This document shows positions 23,089 through 30,875 of a DNA stretch of 32,000 nucleotides, piece after piece. The DNA lies in contig NZ_FRFC01000003.1 in the NCBI RefSeq assembly GCF_900143675.1, forward strand, positions 342,095-374,094, written 5' to 3'. Under the pieces are notes generated by a model. It was not told where the DNA came from. It searched no databases and was given only the letters and a program-made list of their open reading frames with translations. Positions within the stretch are counted from its first letter, which is position 1. Every line of letters starts with the position of its first letter. This stretch comes from Nitrosotalea sinensis (lineage in GTDB: Archaea > Thermoproteota > Nitrososphaeria > Nitrososphaerales > Nitrosopumilaceae). A program made the translations under genes and the position numbers.

Positions 23089-24171
23089 ATGATTTTGACA
23101 TCAATGACAAACAAAAAAATCTATTTTGGCATTATTGGTATGGCTGGTGCAGTAATCATGGCGACATTGCTAATCTATTCAACAGAAAACATTGGAAAAA
23201 ATGAAAATAAAGAAAACCTAGTACAGTCCAAACTTAATTCATCATCACTTAAGCTAATTCAAACTATACAACTGCCAAATGTTTCTGGAAGAATTGATCA
23301 CATGGATATTGATCTTGATGGAAAAAGATTGTTTGTATCTGAGCTAGGAAATAATTCAGTTGATGTTATAGATCTTACAACAGAAAAACACATCAAATCA
23401 ATTACTGGTCTACATGAGCCTCAAGGTATTGTATTTGTCCCTAACACAAACAAAATTTTTGTTGCAAACGGACAAGATGGAACAGTTCAGATTTTTGATG
23501 CTAGCACATACTCTCTTGTAAATACAATATCTCTTACAGGTGATGCTGACAACATCCATTATGATCAATATCAGAAACTGGTATACGTTGGGTTTGGAAA
23601 TGGAGGCTTGGCAATAATAGATCCCACAAAACTAGAATTGCTTGATATCATAAAACTCGATGGACATCCAGAATCATTTCAGATTTCAGACAAATTACAA
23701 CCTGGAATCTTTGTCAATGTTCCAGAAGACAACTCAATAGCAATAATTGATGCTCAAAAAAGAACCATATCTACAAAGTGGCAAAATAGTGAAGCAGGTG
23801 GAAATTACCCCATGGCATTAGATGATGGTAACCATAGGCTCTTTATAGTCTACAGATCCCCCTCTCAGCTTCAAGTAATCAACACAGATACTGGTAAACC
23901 TGTAGCAAAATTAGACATTGTAAAAGATGCTGACGACATATTCTTTGATAATAAAACTGGACAAATCTACATCACAGGAGGCGAAGGATACTTGGATGTA
24001 ATATCCCAAAAAGATGCTAACAACTACCAAGAAATAGCAAAGACACCAACTGGTGATGGAGGTAGAACTTCTCTTTTTGTACCACAGTTGGATAGGCTCT
24101 ACATAGCAGTTCCTGATTATTCTGGATCTGATGCAAAGTTACTAGTGTTTGAAACCCACAAAATTCAATAA
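23089..24171 (+). CDS. membrane-anchored/secreted beta-propeller protein (YncE/YVTN-like)
   Basis: 360 aa with an N-terminal TM/signal. Repeated blade pattern (RLFVSELGNNSVDVIDL, KIFVANGQDGTVQIFD, LVYVGFGNGGLAIIDP, RLFIVYRSPSQLQVIN, QIYITGGEGYLDVIS). Confidence 0.7.
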   Translation: MILTSMTNKKIYFGIIGMAGAVIMATLLIYSTENIGKNENKENLVQSKLNSSSLKLIQTIQLPNVSGRIDHMDIDLDGKRLFVSELGNNSVDVIDLTTEKHIKSITGLHEPQGIVFVPNTNKIFVANGQDGTVQIFDASTYSLVNTISLTGDADNIHYDQYQKLVYVGFGNGGLAIIDPTKLELLDIIKLDGHPESFQISDKLQPGIFVNVPEDNSIAIIDAQKRTISTKWQNSEAGGNYPMALDDGNHRLFIVYRSPSQLQVINTDTGKPVAKLDIVKDADDIFFDNKTGQIYITGGEGYLDVISQKDANNYQEIAKTPTGDGGRTSLFVPQLDRLYIAVPDYSGSDAKLLVFETHKIQ

Positions 24172-24747
24172 TTATTTAGAACCGCGCTTGTGTTTTTCAT
24201 TCCATTCAAATTCTATGTGAATTTCAAACTTGTCCTTTCCTTCTTTTGTCTTTTCCTTAGCATAAAGAAATTTGAACTCAAGTGGATCAGTTGGATTTTT
24301 CACAGAAACTTTCTTTGAAGATGGAATTATCTTGCTCATCTCAAGATTGTCTTTACTTTGCAATGATTTTCCAAGATTCGAAAAGATCTTGACTAGATCA
24401 TCTTTTGAGATTTCAGATTTGTGGCGAAATACAGCTTGATGAGTCTCCCAGTGATTTTCTATTATCTCTGCCATCTTTGACCAGTGTACCATTGATTCTG
24501 CAAGTTCATCTTCTCCTTTTTTTGTTATAGCATAATGCTTTCTGTCAGGTGCCTTGTCCATAAACTCAACTTTACTTGTAACTGATTTGTTTTCTTCAAG
24601 TTTTTCTAAAGCTGGATATATGGTACCTGTTTTAGGTTTCCAGTATCCGGAGAATTTTTTCTCAAGTTCTTTAATTATTTCATAACCATACATTGGACGC
24701 TCTGCCAGTAAGAGAAGTAGCCACAAGGAAACTGCACCCACCTTCAT
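24172..24747 (-). CDS. PadR-family transcription regulator with C-terminal extension
   Basis: The RPMYGYEIIKELEKKFSGYWKPKTGTIYPALEKLEE wHTH signature. ATG 24747 preferred (TATA-like CTATATGT about 35 nt upstream) over ATG 24765 or TTG 24792. Confidence 0.8.
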   Translation of the reverse strand: MKVGAVSLWLLLLLAERPMYGYEIIKELEKKFSGYWKPKTGTIYPALEKLEENKSVTSKVEFMDKAPDRKHYAITKKGEDELAESMVHWSKMAEIIENHWETHQAVFRHKSEISKDDLVKIFSNLGKSLQSKDNLEMSKIIPSSKKVSVKNPTDPLEFKFLYAKEKTKEGKDKFEIHIEFEWNEKHKRGSK

Positions 24748-24799
24748 TCCTTTTTGTTTTATCATGATTTTACTACATATAGGATTAAACAAGTCTTAT

Positions 24800-24816
24800 A
24801 TGTAGATTATCTACAT
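24800..24816. promoter_or_regulatory. 17-nt perfect palindrome ATGTAGAT-T-ATCTACAT, candidate PadR operator
   Basis: Lies in the divergent padR / chrB-like intergenic region. Overlaps TATA-like CTTATATG of the gene starting at 24828. Resembles the ATGT-N8-ACAT operators described for PadR proteins, with N9 here. Confidence 0.55.
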
Positions 24817-24827
24817 AGTGTATTCTA

Positions 24828-25268
24828 ATGAAATGGGTAACAAGAGAGCATGCAAAGGTGGACAGGATTGCTTGCCCCTGGTTAATCAAGAACTTTGTAG
24901 ACAAGGATGCAGAGTTTCTCTTTGTTCCTGCTGATAGTGTAATGCAGACTGCAAAGGAGAAAAACGCCACACCGTATGATGTATCAAATGTTGAACTTGG
25001 TCATCATGGAGAAGAATGCTCTTTTGATGCCATTGTGAAAAAATATGGTTTGGACAAGAAGGATAAGGCACTAGTCGAGGTAGCAAAGATAGTTCGAGGT
25101 GCAGATACTCCAAACAGATCTCTGACACCCCAATCTGAAGGTCTACTTGCCATAGCATATGGCTTTAGCATGAATGCAAAAGATGACCATGACAACATGA
25201 GTAAACAGTTTTACGTATATGATGCCCTTTACAGTTTTTGCAAATGGAAGTTAAAGCAGCCAAATTAG
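24828..25268 (+). CDS. ChrB C-terminal-domain-like (chromate resistance family) protein
   Basis: 146 aa. The N-terminus KWVTREHAKVDRIACPWLIKNFVDKDAEFLFVP matches my memory of the ChrB_C/Chromate_resist domain. Confidence 0.6.
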   Translation: MKWVTREHAKVDRIACPWLIKNFVDKDAEFLFVPADSVMQTAKEKNATPYDVSNVELGHHGEECSFDAIVKKYGLDKKDKALVEVAKIVRGADTPNRSLTPQSEGLLAIAYGFSMNAKDDHDNMSKQFYVYDALYSFCKWKLKQPN

Positions 25269-25351
25269 CTAGTCTTAAACTACGATAAATTTGCATTATT
25301 GAAAACCTAGATCTTGTTTAATAGTAAGAAGTGATAAAATAAAAAAATAAC

Positions 25352-25525
25352 ATGACTAGGGACATGAGAGGAATTTGTGTCGACTGTGGATTTCAAGTCC
25401 GAGGAGATACATTAGATGATTTAGATGAGAGCTTTACATTACATTTTGAAAATGATGGTCATGATACCTACTATTTTGTAGATAAAGAAGGCAAAAAAAT
25501 AGAAAGAGATGTTTCTAAATTATAA
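25352..25525 (+). CDS. unlisted 57-aa ORF with CxxC...HxxxxxH (possible small zinc-binding protein)
   Basis: Hand translation gives MTRDMRGICVDCGFQVRGDTLDDLDESFTLHFENDGHDTYYFVDKEGKKIERDVSKL*. Below the ORF-track cutoff. Confidence 0.3.
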   Translation: MTRDMRGICVDCGFQVRGDTLDDLDESFTLHFENDGHDTYYFVDKEGKKIERDVSKL

Positions 25526-25630
25526 CTATTTTTTAACTAGATTGTAATTGTTTATTCAATTTCTTCTAGATGAAAATTCTAAAATTATGCCAATAAGTTA
25601 ATTTCGAAAAATTAATTTAGGAATTGCGTT

Positions 25631-26881
25631 CTATGCTCTAAATTTTATCCTAGATAGCATTGTAACTGATGCAAAGCCTATTACAAGCAATATTGCAGCA
25701 ATAGGAAATTCTGGCACTGTGGCCTGTGCTAATGAATATCCTAGTACTCTGTCGTTAAGAAAATCTACAATCCATAGATTGCCTGATGGGTCAAATCCAA
25801 TACCATAGGGATTATTCAATCCAGTTGCTGTGAGCGCGCCAGTGCCTGTAGTAAAACTGGGCTGGCCTATTACTGTAGTTGCAGCCTCACCATTTGTAAA
25901 TCCTGTTCCTTTTAGGAACTCTAGTGCCCTGTTGCCAGGTTGATCTGTAACCCATAGGTTACCTGACGAGTCAAATGCAATGCCATAAGGACCAATAAAT
26001 CCCGTTGCAGTGAGCGCACTAGTATTTGTAGTAAAGTTTGGCTGGCCTATTACTGTAGTTGCAGCCTCGCCAGTAGAAAGAGGCGTAGTGTACTCTATTA
26101 CTCTCTTGTTATCTTGATCTGTAACCCATAGGTTACCTGACGAGTCAAATGCAAGATCATAAGGAACACACAACTCTGTTGCTGTAGTAACGCAATTATT
26201 TGTAGTAAAGTTTGGCTGGCCTATTACTGTAGTTGCAGCCTCGCCATTAGAAAATGGTGCAGTATATTCTAACACTCTGTCATTATACTCATCTACAACC
26301 CATAAGTTACCTGATGAATCAAATTTAAGACTAGAAGGAAAATGCAATCCCGTTGCAGTGAGCGCACTAGTATTTGTAGTAAAGTTTGGCTGGCCTATTA
26401 CAAGAGATGCTGCCTCGCCATTAGAAAATGGTTTTTTATATTCTAGTACTCTGCTGTTGTAAAAATCTGCGACCCATAAGTTACCTGACGAGTCAAATGC
26501 AAGACCAGAAGTACCATTTTCTCCAGTTGCTGTGGTGGCCTTGGCAAATGAAGTAAAGTTTGGTTGGCCTATTACTGTAGTTGCAGCCTCGCCATTAGAA
26601 AATGGTGCAGTGTACTCTAACACTCTATTGTTGCCATCATCTGCGACCCATAAGTTACCTGACGAGTCAAATGCAAGACCGATAGGAGAATTCTCTCTAG
26701 TTGCGTTGGGAGTAAAATCATTTGTAGTAAAGCTTGATTGGCCTATTACTGTAGTTGCACTCTGCCCGTTGGTAAAAGCATATGCAGCTAAATTTAATGG
26801 AAGGATACATGCGGTAAAACCAAGAACAAGTAATACGATGAAGGTTTTTCTTAAAGTCACATTAAGATGATTCTTAATCAA
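25631..26881 (-). CDS. secreted 6-bladed NHL-repeat beta-propeller protein with PEF-CTERM-type archaeal sorting signal
   Basis: Six units of about 58 aa (GEAATTVIGQPNFTTN...FDSSGNLWV.D..N.RVLEY). The C-terminus VPEFPIAAILLVIGFASVTMLSRIKFRA has PEF + TM + a basic tail. TTG or GTG start. Confidence 0.8.
   Translation of the reverse strand: MIKNHLNVTLRKTFIVLLVLGFTACILPLNLAAYAFTNGQSATTVIGQSSFTTNDFTPNATRENSPIGLAFDSSGNLWVADDGNNRVLEYTAPFSNGEAATTVIGQPNFTSFAKATTATGENGTSGLAFDSSGNLWVADFYNSRVLEYKKPFSNGEAASLVIGQPNFTTNTSALTATGLHFPSSLKFDSSGNLWVVDEYNDRVLEYTAPFSNGEAATTVIGQPNFTTNNCVTTATELCVPYDLAFDSSGNLWVTDQDNKRVIEYTTPLSTGEAATTVIGQPNFTTNTSALTATGFIGPYGIAFDSSGNLWVTDQPGNRALEFLKGTGFTNGEAATTVIGQPSFTTGTGALTATGLNNPYGIGFDPSGNLWIVDFLNDRVLGYSLAQATVPEFPIAAILLVIGFASVTMLSRIKFRA
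25726..26773 (-). repeat. intragenic tandem repeat, 6 units of about 174 nt (NHL blades) with long near-identical DNA stretches
   Basis: AAAGTTTGGCTGGCCTATTACTGTAGTTGCAGCCTCGCC and CCCATAGGTTACCTGACGAGTCAAATGCAA recur with few changes. Confidence 0.8.
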
Positions 26882-26951
26882 CGAATCGAGTTTTTTGTAG
26901 TTCTATATATGCGATTTCTATTTTGATAAAAAACTAAAAGGAATTTTGTAT

Positions 26952-27473
26952 CTACTCTGAGATTGTAATGCGAAGAATTTTAGCCTCTATGTCGGGGCAG
27001 TCATTCTTGCCTCTTGGAAGGCGGCCTATCTTGTCGGCAACTTCCATGCCACTCTTTACCTCACCAAACGCTGTATACTGGCCATCAAGAAATGTGCTGT
27101 CGCCTGTTACGATGAAAAACTGTGAACCTGCACTGTTAGGATCATCAGACCTTGCCATTGAGACAACGCCTCTCACATGTGGTTTTGAATTAAATTCCGC
27201 CCTTATGGTATATCCAGGTCCTCCCATCCCCCAGCTGCTTTTGTTTGGTTGCTTTGTATTTGGATCTCCTCCCTGAATCATAAATCCGGGTATTATCCTG
27301 TGGAAAAGTATGCCGTCATAAAAATTGGACTTGGCCAGTTTGACAAAGTTCCTTACAGTCTCAGGAGCATAATTTGGTAATAGTTCGAAAACAATATTTC
27401 CAAAGTTAGTCTCTATTGTAGCCTGTTGCACATTTTTACAAACAGTAATTTTATCATAATAATCTTTCTTCAC
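26952..27473 (-). CDS. peptidyl-prolyl cis-trans isomerase, cyclophilin type
   Basis: 173 aa with FHRIIPGFMIQGGDP and SMARSDDPNSAGSQFFI signatures. GTG start. Confidence 0.9.
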   Translation of the reverse strand: MKKDYYDKITVCKNVQQATIETNFGNIVFELLPNYAPETVRNFVKLAKSNFYDGILFHRIIPGFMIQGGDPNTKQPNKSSWGMGGPGYTIRAEFNSKPHVRGVVSMARSDDPNSAGSQFFIVTGDSTFLDGQYTAFGEVKSGMEVADKIGRLPRGKNDCPDIEAKILRITISE

Positions 27474-27499
27474 TCCTATGTCAATAAGGGAATTTTGTA

Positions 27500-27540
27500 A
27501 CGAGTCTCACAGAGTTTGAATCTTACAGGGATTTGATGAA
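27500..27540 (+). repeat. degenerate third copy of the dispersed intergenic repeat
   Basis: GAGTTTGAATCTTACAGGGATTT compared with GAGGATTTGAATCTTGCAGATTT. Weaker than copies 1 and 2. Confidence 0.35.
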
Positions 27541-27558
27541 AATCAACTGTAATTTTGC

Positions 27559-28269
27559 TTATTGGTCTTTGGACTTTGGTACACTCTGTTTTACAGAATC
27601 AAAAATATTTTTTATGATTTTATTTCGTTCATCTTCTGAAACGTCATAATCTGGATCTATATTTCGCCGATAACTTAGAATCAAATCATCCAATAAAGAA
27701 CGTAGTTCCAGTCTAGATCTGTAGATATACTCGTGAAATTCTGTGTCTTTTTTTAATCCGTATTTTTCTACGGTTTCATTTAGTTTTATACCTCCAATCC
27801 TGGCGGATATGATTTCTGATAATATGTACCCAACACCACCAAAAGTAGCAATAAGAAGATATGAAACCGAGGGAGAAACACTGTAAACATCTTTTAAGAG
27901 GGCTGGGATTGTTGATCCGCCAATTGCAACACCTGAAAGTCTAGGCAATATGCTCTGTAATGAACCGGTAAAACTCTGCAATTTTTTATACATGTCAATC
28001 TCATTTGTTTTGAGAGTTTCAATCATGTCAAAATTGTTGTTTCTGTGTCTTACTATCAAGGCAAGTGTTCTACTAGATGCCAGTAATGAAGTAGCTATGT
28101 CATTGGCATAAGCTAGTTGATTATTATCCATTAGTTTTTGTTTAATTTCTATGAAATGCGATTCCGCCCGCTGTGCAGTTTCTTGTTCCTCGACAGAGTC
28201 TGCATATTTGCCTGAAATCGACCAAGCAAGACTTATTATTGATTCTGGATCAGGCGCCCAATTTGCCAT
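27559..28269 (-). CDS. hypothetical membrane protein
   Basis: 236 aa. Helical N- and C-terminal regions flank two central hydrophobic segments (LSGVAIGGSTIPALL, SYLLIATFGGVGYILSEII). Confidence 0.5.
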   Translation of the reverse strand: MANWAPDPESIISLAWSISGKYADSVEEQETAQRAESHFIEIKQKLMDNNQLAYANDIATSLLASSRTLALIVRHRNNNFDMIETLKTNEIDMYKKLQSFTGSLQSILPRLSGVAIGGSTIPALLKDVYSVSPSVSYLLIATFGGVGYILSEIISARIGGIKLNETVEKYGLKKDTEFHEYIYRSRLELRSLLDDLILSYRRNIDPDYDVSEDERNKIIKNIFDSVKQSVPKSKDQ

Positions 28270-28381
28270 TGATGAATCAATCTTGTTTGTTATAGTAAAG
28301 AGTGATGCAGTTTACCAATTTTGAGAATCTGCTATCTTTTTATATTTTTGTACTGTACAGAAAATGAGTGGATAATATTAA

Positions 28382-28735
28382 ATGGTAAATGAAGTCGAAT
28401 GGGTTTACTTTGAAACTGACACTACAAATTACTATTGGCAGGATAAAGAAATTTCTGTGACCGTGTATGGAACAATTAGATCCGGTATGGACGGTCCAAT
28501 AGACATTATTCTAACAGGACCAATAGGGGATGCCAATCCAGCTCACCAACCTAGATCTGACAGACCTGTAAATGCGGTTCTAAGTAGATGCGAATTTCCT
28601 GAAGTTGGATGTTTTAAACAAGTTATCCGAATGCAAAAAAGTAGCTGGCCGTATGACGGAAAATATCAACTAACAGCAAAATATGGCGGAGTAGAATCAA
28701 AACCCATCTGGTTTTATGTTGATACAAACAGTTAG
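28382..28735 (+). CDS. hypothetical protein (beta-rich)
   Basis: 117-aa ORF. No family recognised. Confidence 0.45.
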   Translation: MVNEVEWVYFETDTTNYYWQDKEISVTVYGTIRSGMDGPIDIILTGPIGDANPAHQPRSDRPVNAVLSRCEFPEVGCFKQVIRMQKSSWPYDGKYQLTAKYGGVESKPIWFYVDTNS

Positions 28736-28931
28736 TATTCTCAAATACTGTAAGTGGTAGTTCTCCAGAACTCGTAAATTTATGTTGAATGTGGAGAGTA
28801 TTGCTCTAAATGTACCTGTTATTTCAAATTCATTAAACAATAAAAAATTAAGGAAAAGTGATTGGTTTTCACCCTAATCACCTGATTATTTTACGGCGCG
28901 GAAATCGAGATGTAGCCCCCTCAGATGGAGG

Positions 28932-28952
28932 AGAAACCCTCCGGTCCACTCT
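28932..28952 (+). other. tRNA-Ala 3'-end-like fragment (CCCTCCGGTCCACTCT), preceded by a GGAGG-N6-CCTCC hairpin
   Basis: 28937-28952 matches 17097-17112 (T-stem 3' strand + acceptor 3' strand + 4 nt of flank of tRNA-Ala) at 15/16 positions, on the same strand. No cloverleaf can be built here. Confidence 0.5.
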
Positions 28953-28965
28953 CTGTATTTAATTT

Positions 28966-30102
28966 TCAATAATCTTTCATAATTTTCAGTATTGTCATAT
29001 TGGTGAAAATCATGTTTTCAGGATAACAATCAAGCATTATGCCATTGTCTATTGGATGAAAAGAAGTATGAGCGCAATTTGTATTGTATTCTTTTTCACT
29101 ATTGTCAAATTTCCATCCAAGAGCATTACGATCTTGTGGTGTAGGATATCCATGTCCTTTAACTAGGGTGATGGTATCATTGCTGTAATCTACACTCACT
29201 TTGGCATATAATGGATTTGCATATAGGTAAATCACTTTTGGATGATGTGTTATTGCATCAAATTCCTGCTGAGTGACATATTCGTTATGTAATACGACTA
29301 TTTTCTCATATTGATTCAAAATTTGAGGATTCTGGTCAACATCAAGATCTGTTATGGTATCATATCCAAGTAATTGCAATGTACCTACTGCATTCTGACT
29401 TGCAGAAAATCCACCTGGTCTATCAAACAAGATTTTTTTTGTCAGACAACTAGAATCACAATCTCCTCTGTAATATGTATAAAATCCTGGTTCCCAATAT
29501 GCTGTAGATGTAAACAAAGGAACTATGACAGCAGCACTATGTGGCTTGTCCCATAATGCAATCTTGTCGTACGTTCCGTTTGTCATGAGATCTGGTTTTA
29601 ATGCAAAATGAGCTTCCATTGGTACATGCGTACCGTTTATGATGCGAAAATCTTTTGCATATGCGTATATTTGAAACAATGGGGAGAATCCATGATAATT
29701 TATAGTAGCCAAACCTCTTTTGTCTATTGCATTAAGAAGTGAATCTGAAACTGTAATTGAATTTGTATTAATGAGGTATTCAATAGATTTCTCAAAATCT
29801 TCTTCAGTGATCTTGTTATCAGCATAAAATGTTGCTACTTTTTTGAACCATCCTGGAACTTTATAGTCAGAACTGGGATTTGTATTTGAACTACTTACCA
29901 TGTTTGTTTTAATCAGATATGCTACTGATATCAGAAATTGTTTGTCTGTAGTCTTGTTCTCAGACCACCATTTGGCAGTATTTTTTACCCATTGTGGGAT
30001 CTCTGGTGGGTCTATTTGTGCATGAGCAAGATTAGATGATACAAGTACAGACATGAGAAAGAAAACAAATAACAAATTTATGTAAAACCTTGTTTGTTTC
30101 AA
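28966..30102 (-). CDS. secreted protein with tandem Trp-rich N-terminal motifs and an uncharacterised C-terminal domain
   Basis: The ORF is open to 30198 (TTG). TTG 30102 gives a canonical signal peptide (MKQTRFYINLLFVFFLMSVLVSSNLAHA). Duplicated motif P.W.K..A.....NK.T...F..S..YLI.TN. Confidence 0.6.
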   Translation of the reverse strand: MKQTRFYINLLFVFFLMSVLVSSNLAHAQIDPPEIPQWVKNTAKWWSENKTTDKQFLISVAYLIKTNMVSSSNTNPSSDYKVPGWFKKVATFYADNKITEEDFEKSIEYLINTNSITVSDSLLNAIDKRGLATINYHGFSPLFQIYAYAKDFRIINGTHVPMEAHFALKPDLMTNGTYDKIALWDKPHSAAVIVPLFTSTAYWEPGFYTYYRGDCDSSCLTKKILFDRPGGFSASQNAVGTLQLLGYDTITDLDVDQNPQILNQYEKIVVLHNEYVTQQEFDAITHHPKVIYLYANPLYAKVSVDYSNDTITLVKGHGYPTPQDRNALGWKFDNSEKEYNTNCAHTSFHPIDNGIMLDCYPENMIFTNMTILKIMKDY

Positions 30103-30220
30103 ACCTATGTGCCCCTGATGGATTTTGAAACAACATGTCAGGTTTATAATGATATGTAAAATCAAACTATTTTTTCGTCTATTGTTGATGTTTTTCAATC
30201 TGTATGACGTCTCTCAAAAT

Positions 30221-30355
30221 CTAGTCTGAAGATTCTTCGAATTTCTCATCTTGTTCGTATCCTTCTGCTAATTCTGCTTGGTGTAGTTCTTCTTTTGCCT
30301 TCTCATGTTCCCATTCTAGATCATCTTCTTTCTTCTTTGATTTTTTATCTTTCAT
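30221..30355 (-). CDS. unlisted 44-aa highly charged ORF (weak)
   Basis: Hand translation gives MKDKKSKKKEDDLEWEHEKAKEELHQAELAEGYEQDEKFEESSD*. It could be chance in AT-rich DNA. Confidence 0.2.
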   Translation of the reverse strand: MKDKKSKKKEDDLEWEHEKAKEELHQAELAEGYEQDEKFEESSD

Positions 30356-30508
30356 GATACAAAAAATATCTATTTAATATTAGAATCATTATCATAATTT
30401 TCATAGATAGTTTATACAATTTAGATTCTGATATGGAAAAGTCACATTCATTATCAAACGTGATAATCAGGTTTTCTCTTTAATTATTTACTATGACTGT
30501 TATATTCC

Positions 30509-30847
30509 ATGTCAAATACTGCAGAAATGATCTACGATGGTTTTCTCTCAAATGTAGAGAAGGCACTAGGAAAAATCGACGTAGAGCTTGGTTTACAGAT
30601 AATGCTCTATGAAAGAAAAATGCCAGACGCATATCCAATGGTGGAACTTGAGATCCATTACAAAAATGGAGTTGATATTTCTGATAAGGTCTCATACATA
30701 AGAAACAGGTATGGATTTCTAGTAGCAGCTCATGATGACAATGAAGTTCTTGCTAGAGGAACTATGAACATAACAATGCTTCAGGAAATTGCACAGGATC
30801 CACAGGTTGAAAAACTAACAGGCTCTGCTTCTGTAGCATCATATTAA
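30509..30847 (+). CDS. hypothetical protein
   Basis: 112-aa ORF, 28 nt upstream of and co-oriented with the ATP-cone/nuclease gene. Confidence 0.5.
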   Translation: MSNTAEMIYDGFLSNVEKALGKIDVELGLQIMLYERKMPDAYPMVELEIHYKNGVDISDKVSYIRNRYGFLVAAHDDNEVLARGTMNITMLQEIAQDPQVEKLTGSASVASY

Positions 30848-30875
30848 AACGGACCTCTAATCTTATACATGTAGG

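Noticed and set aside
17109-28936. Search for an integrase/recombinase to support the island hypothesis
   Set aside because: No ORF shows the R...HxxR...Y tyrosine-recombinase pattern, serine-recombinase motifs or DDE transposase motifs. The island call therefore stays tentative and no mobile_element feature is annotated.
28894-28950. GC-rich patch as a functional, split or intron-containing tRNA
   Set aside because: There is no 5' acceptor strand complementary to CCGGTCC. The hairpin loop is 6 nt (AGAAAC), not a T-loop. No D or anticodon arm can be built. It is treated as a tRNA-Ala 3'-end-like fragment instead.
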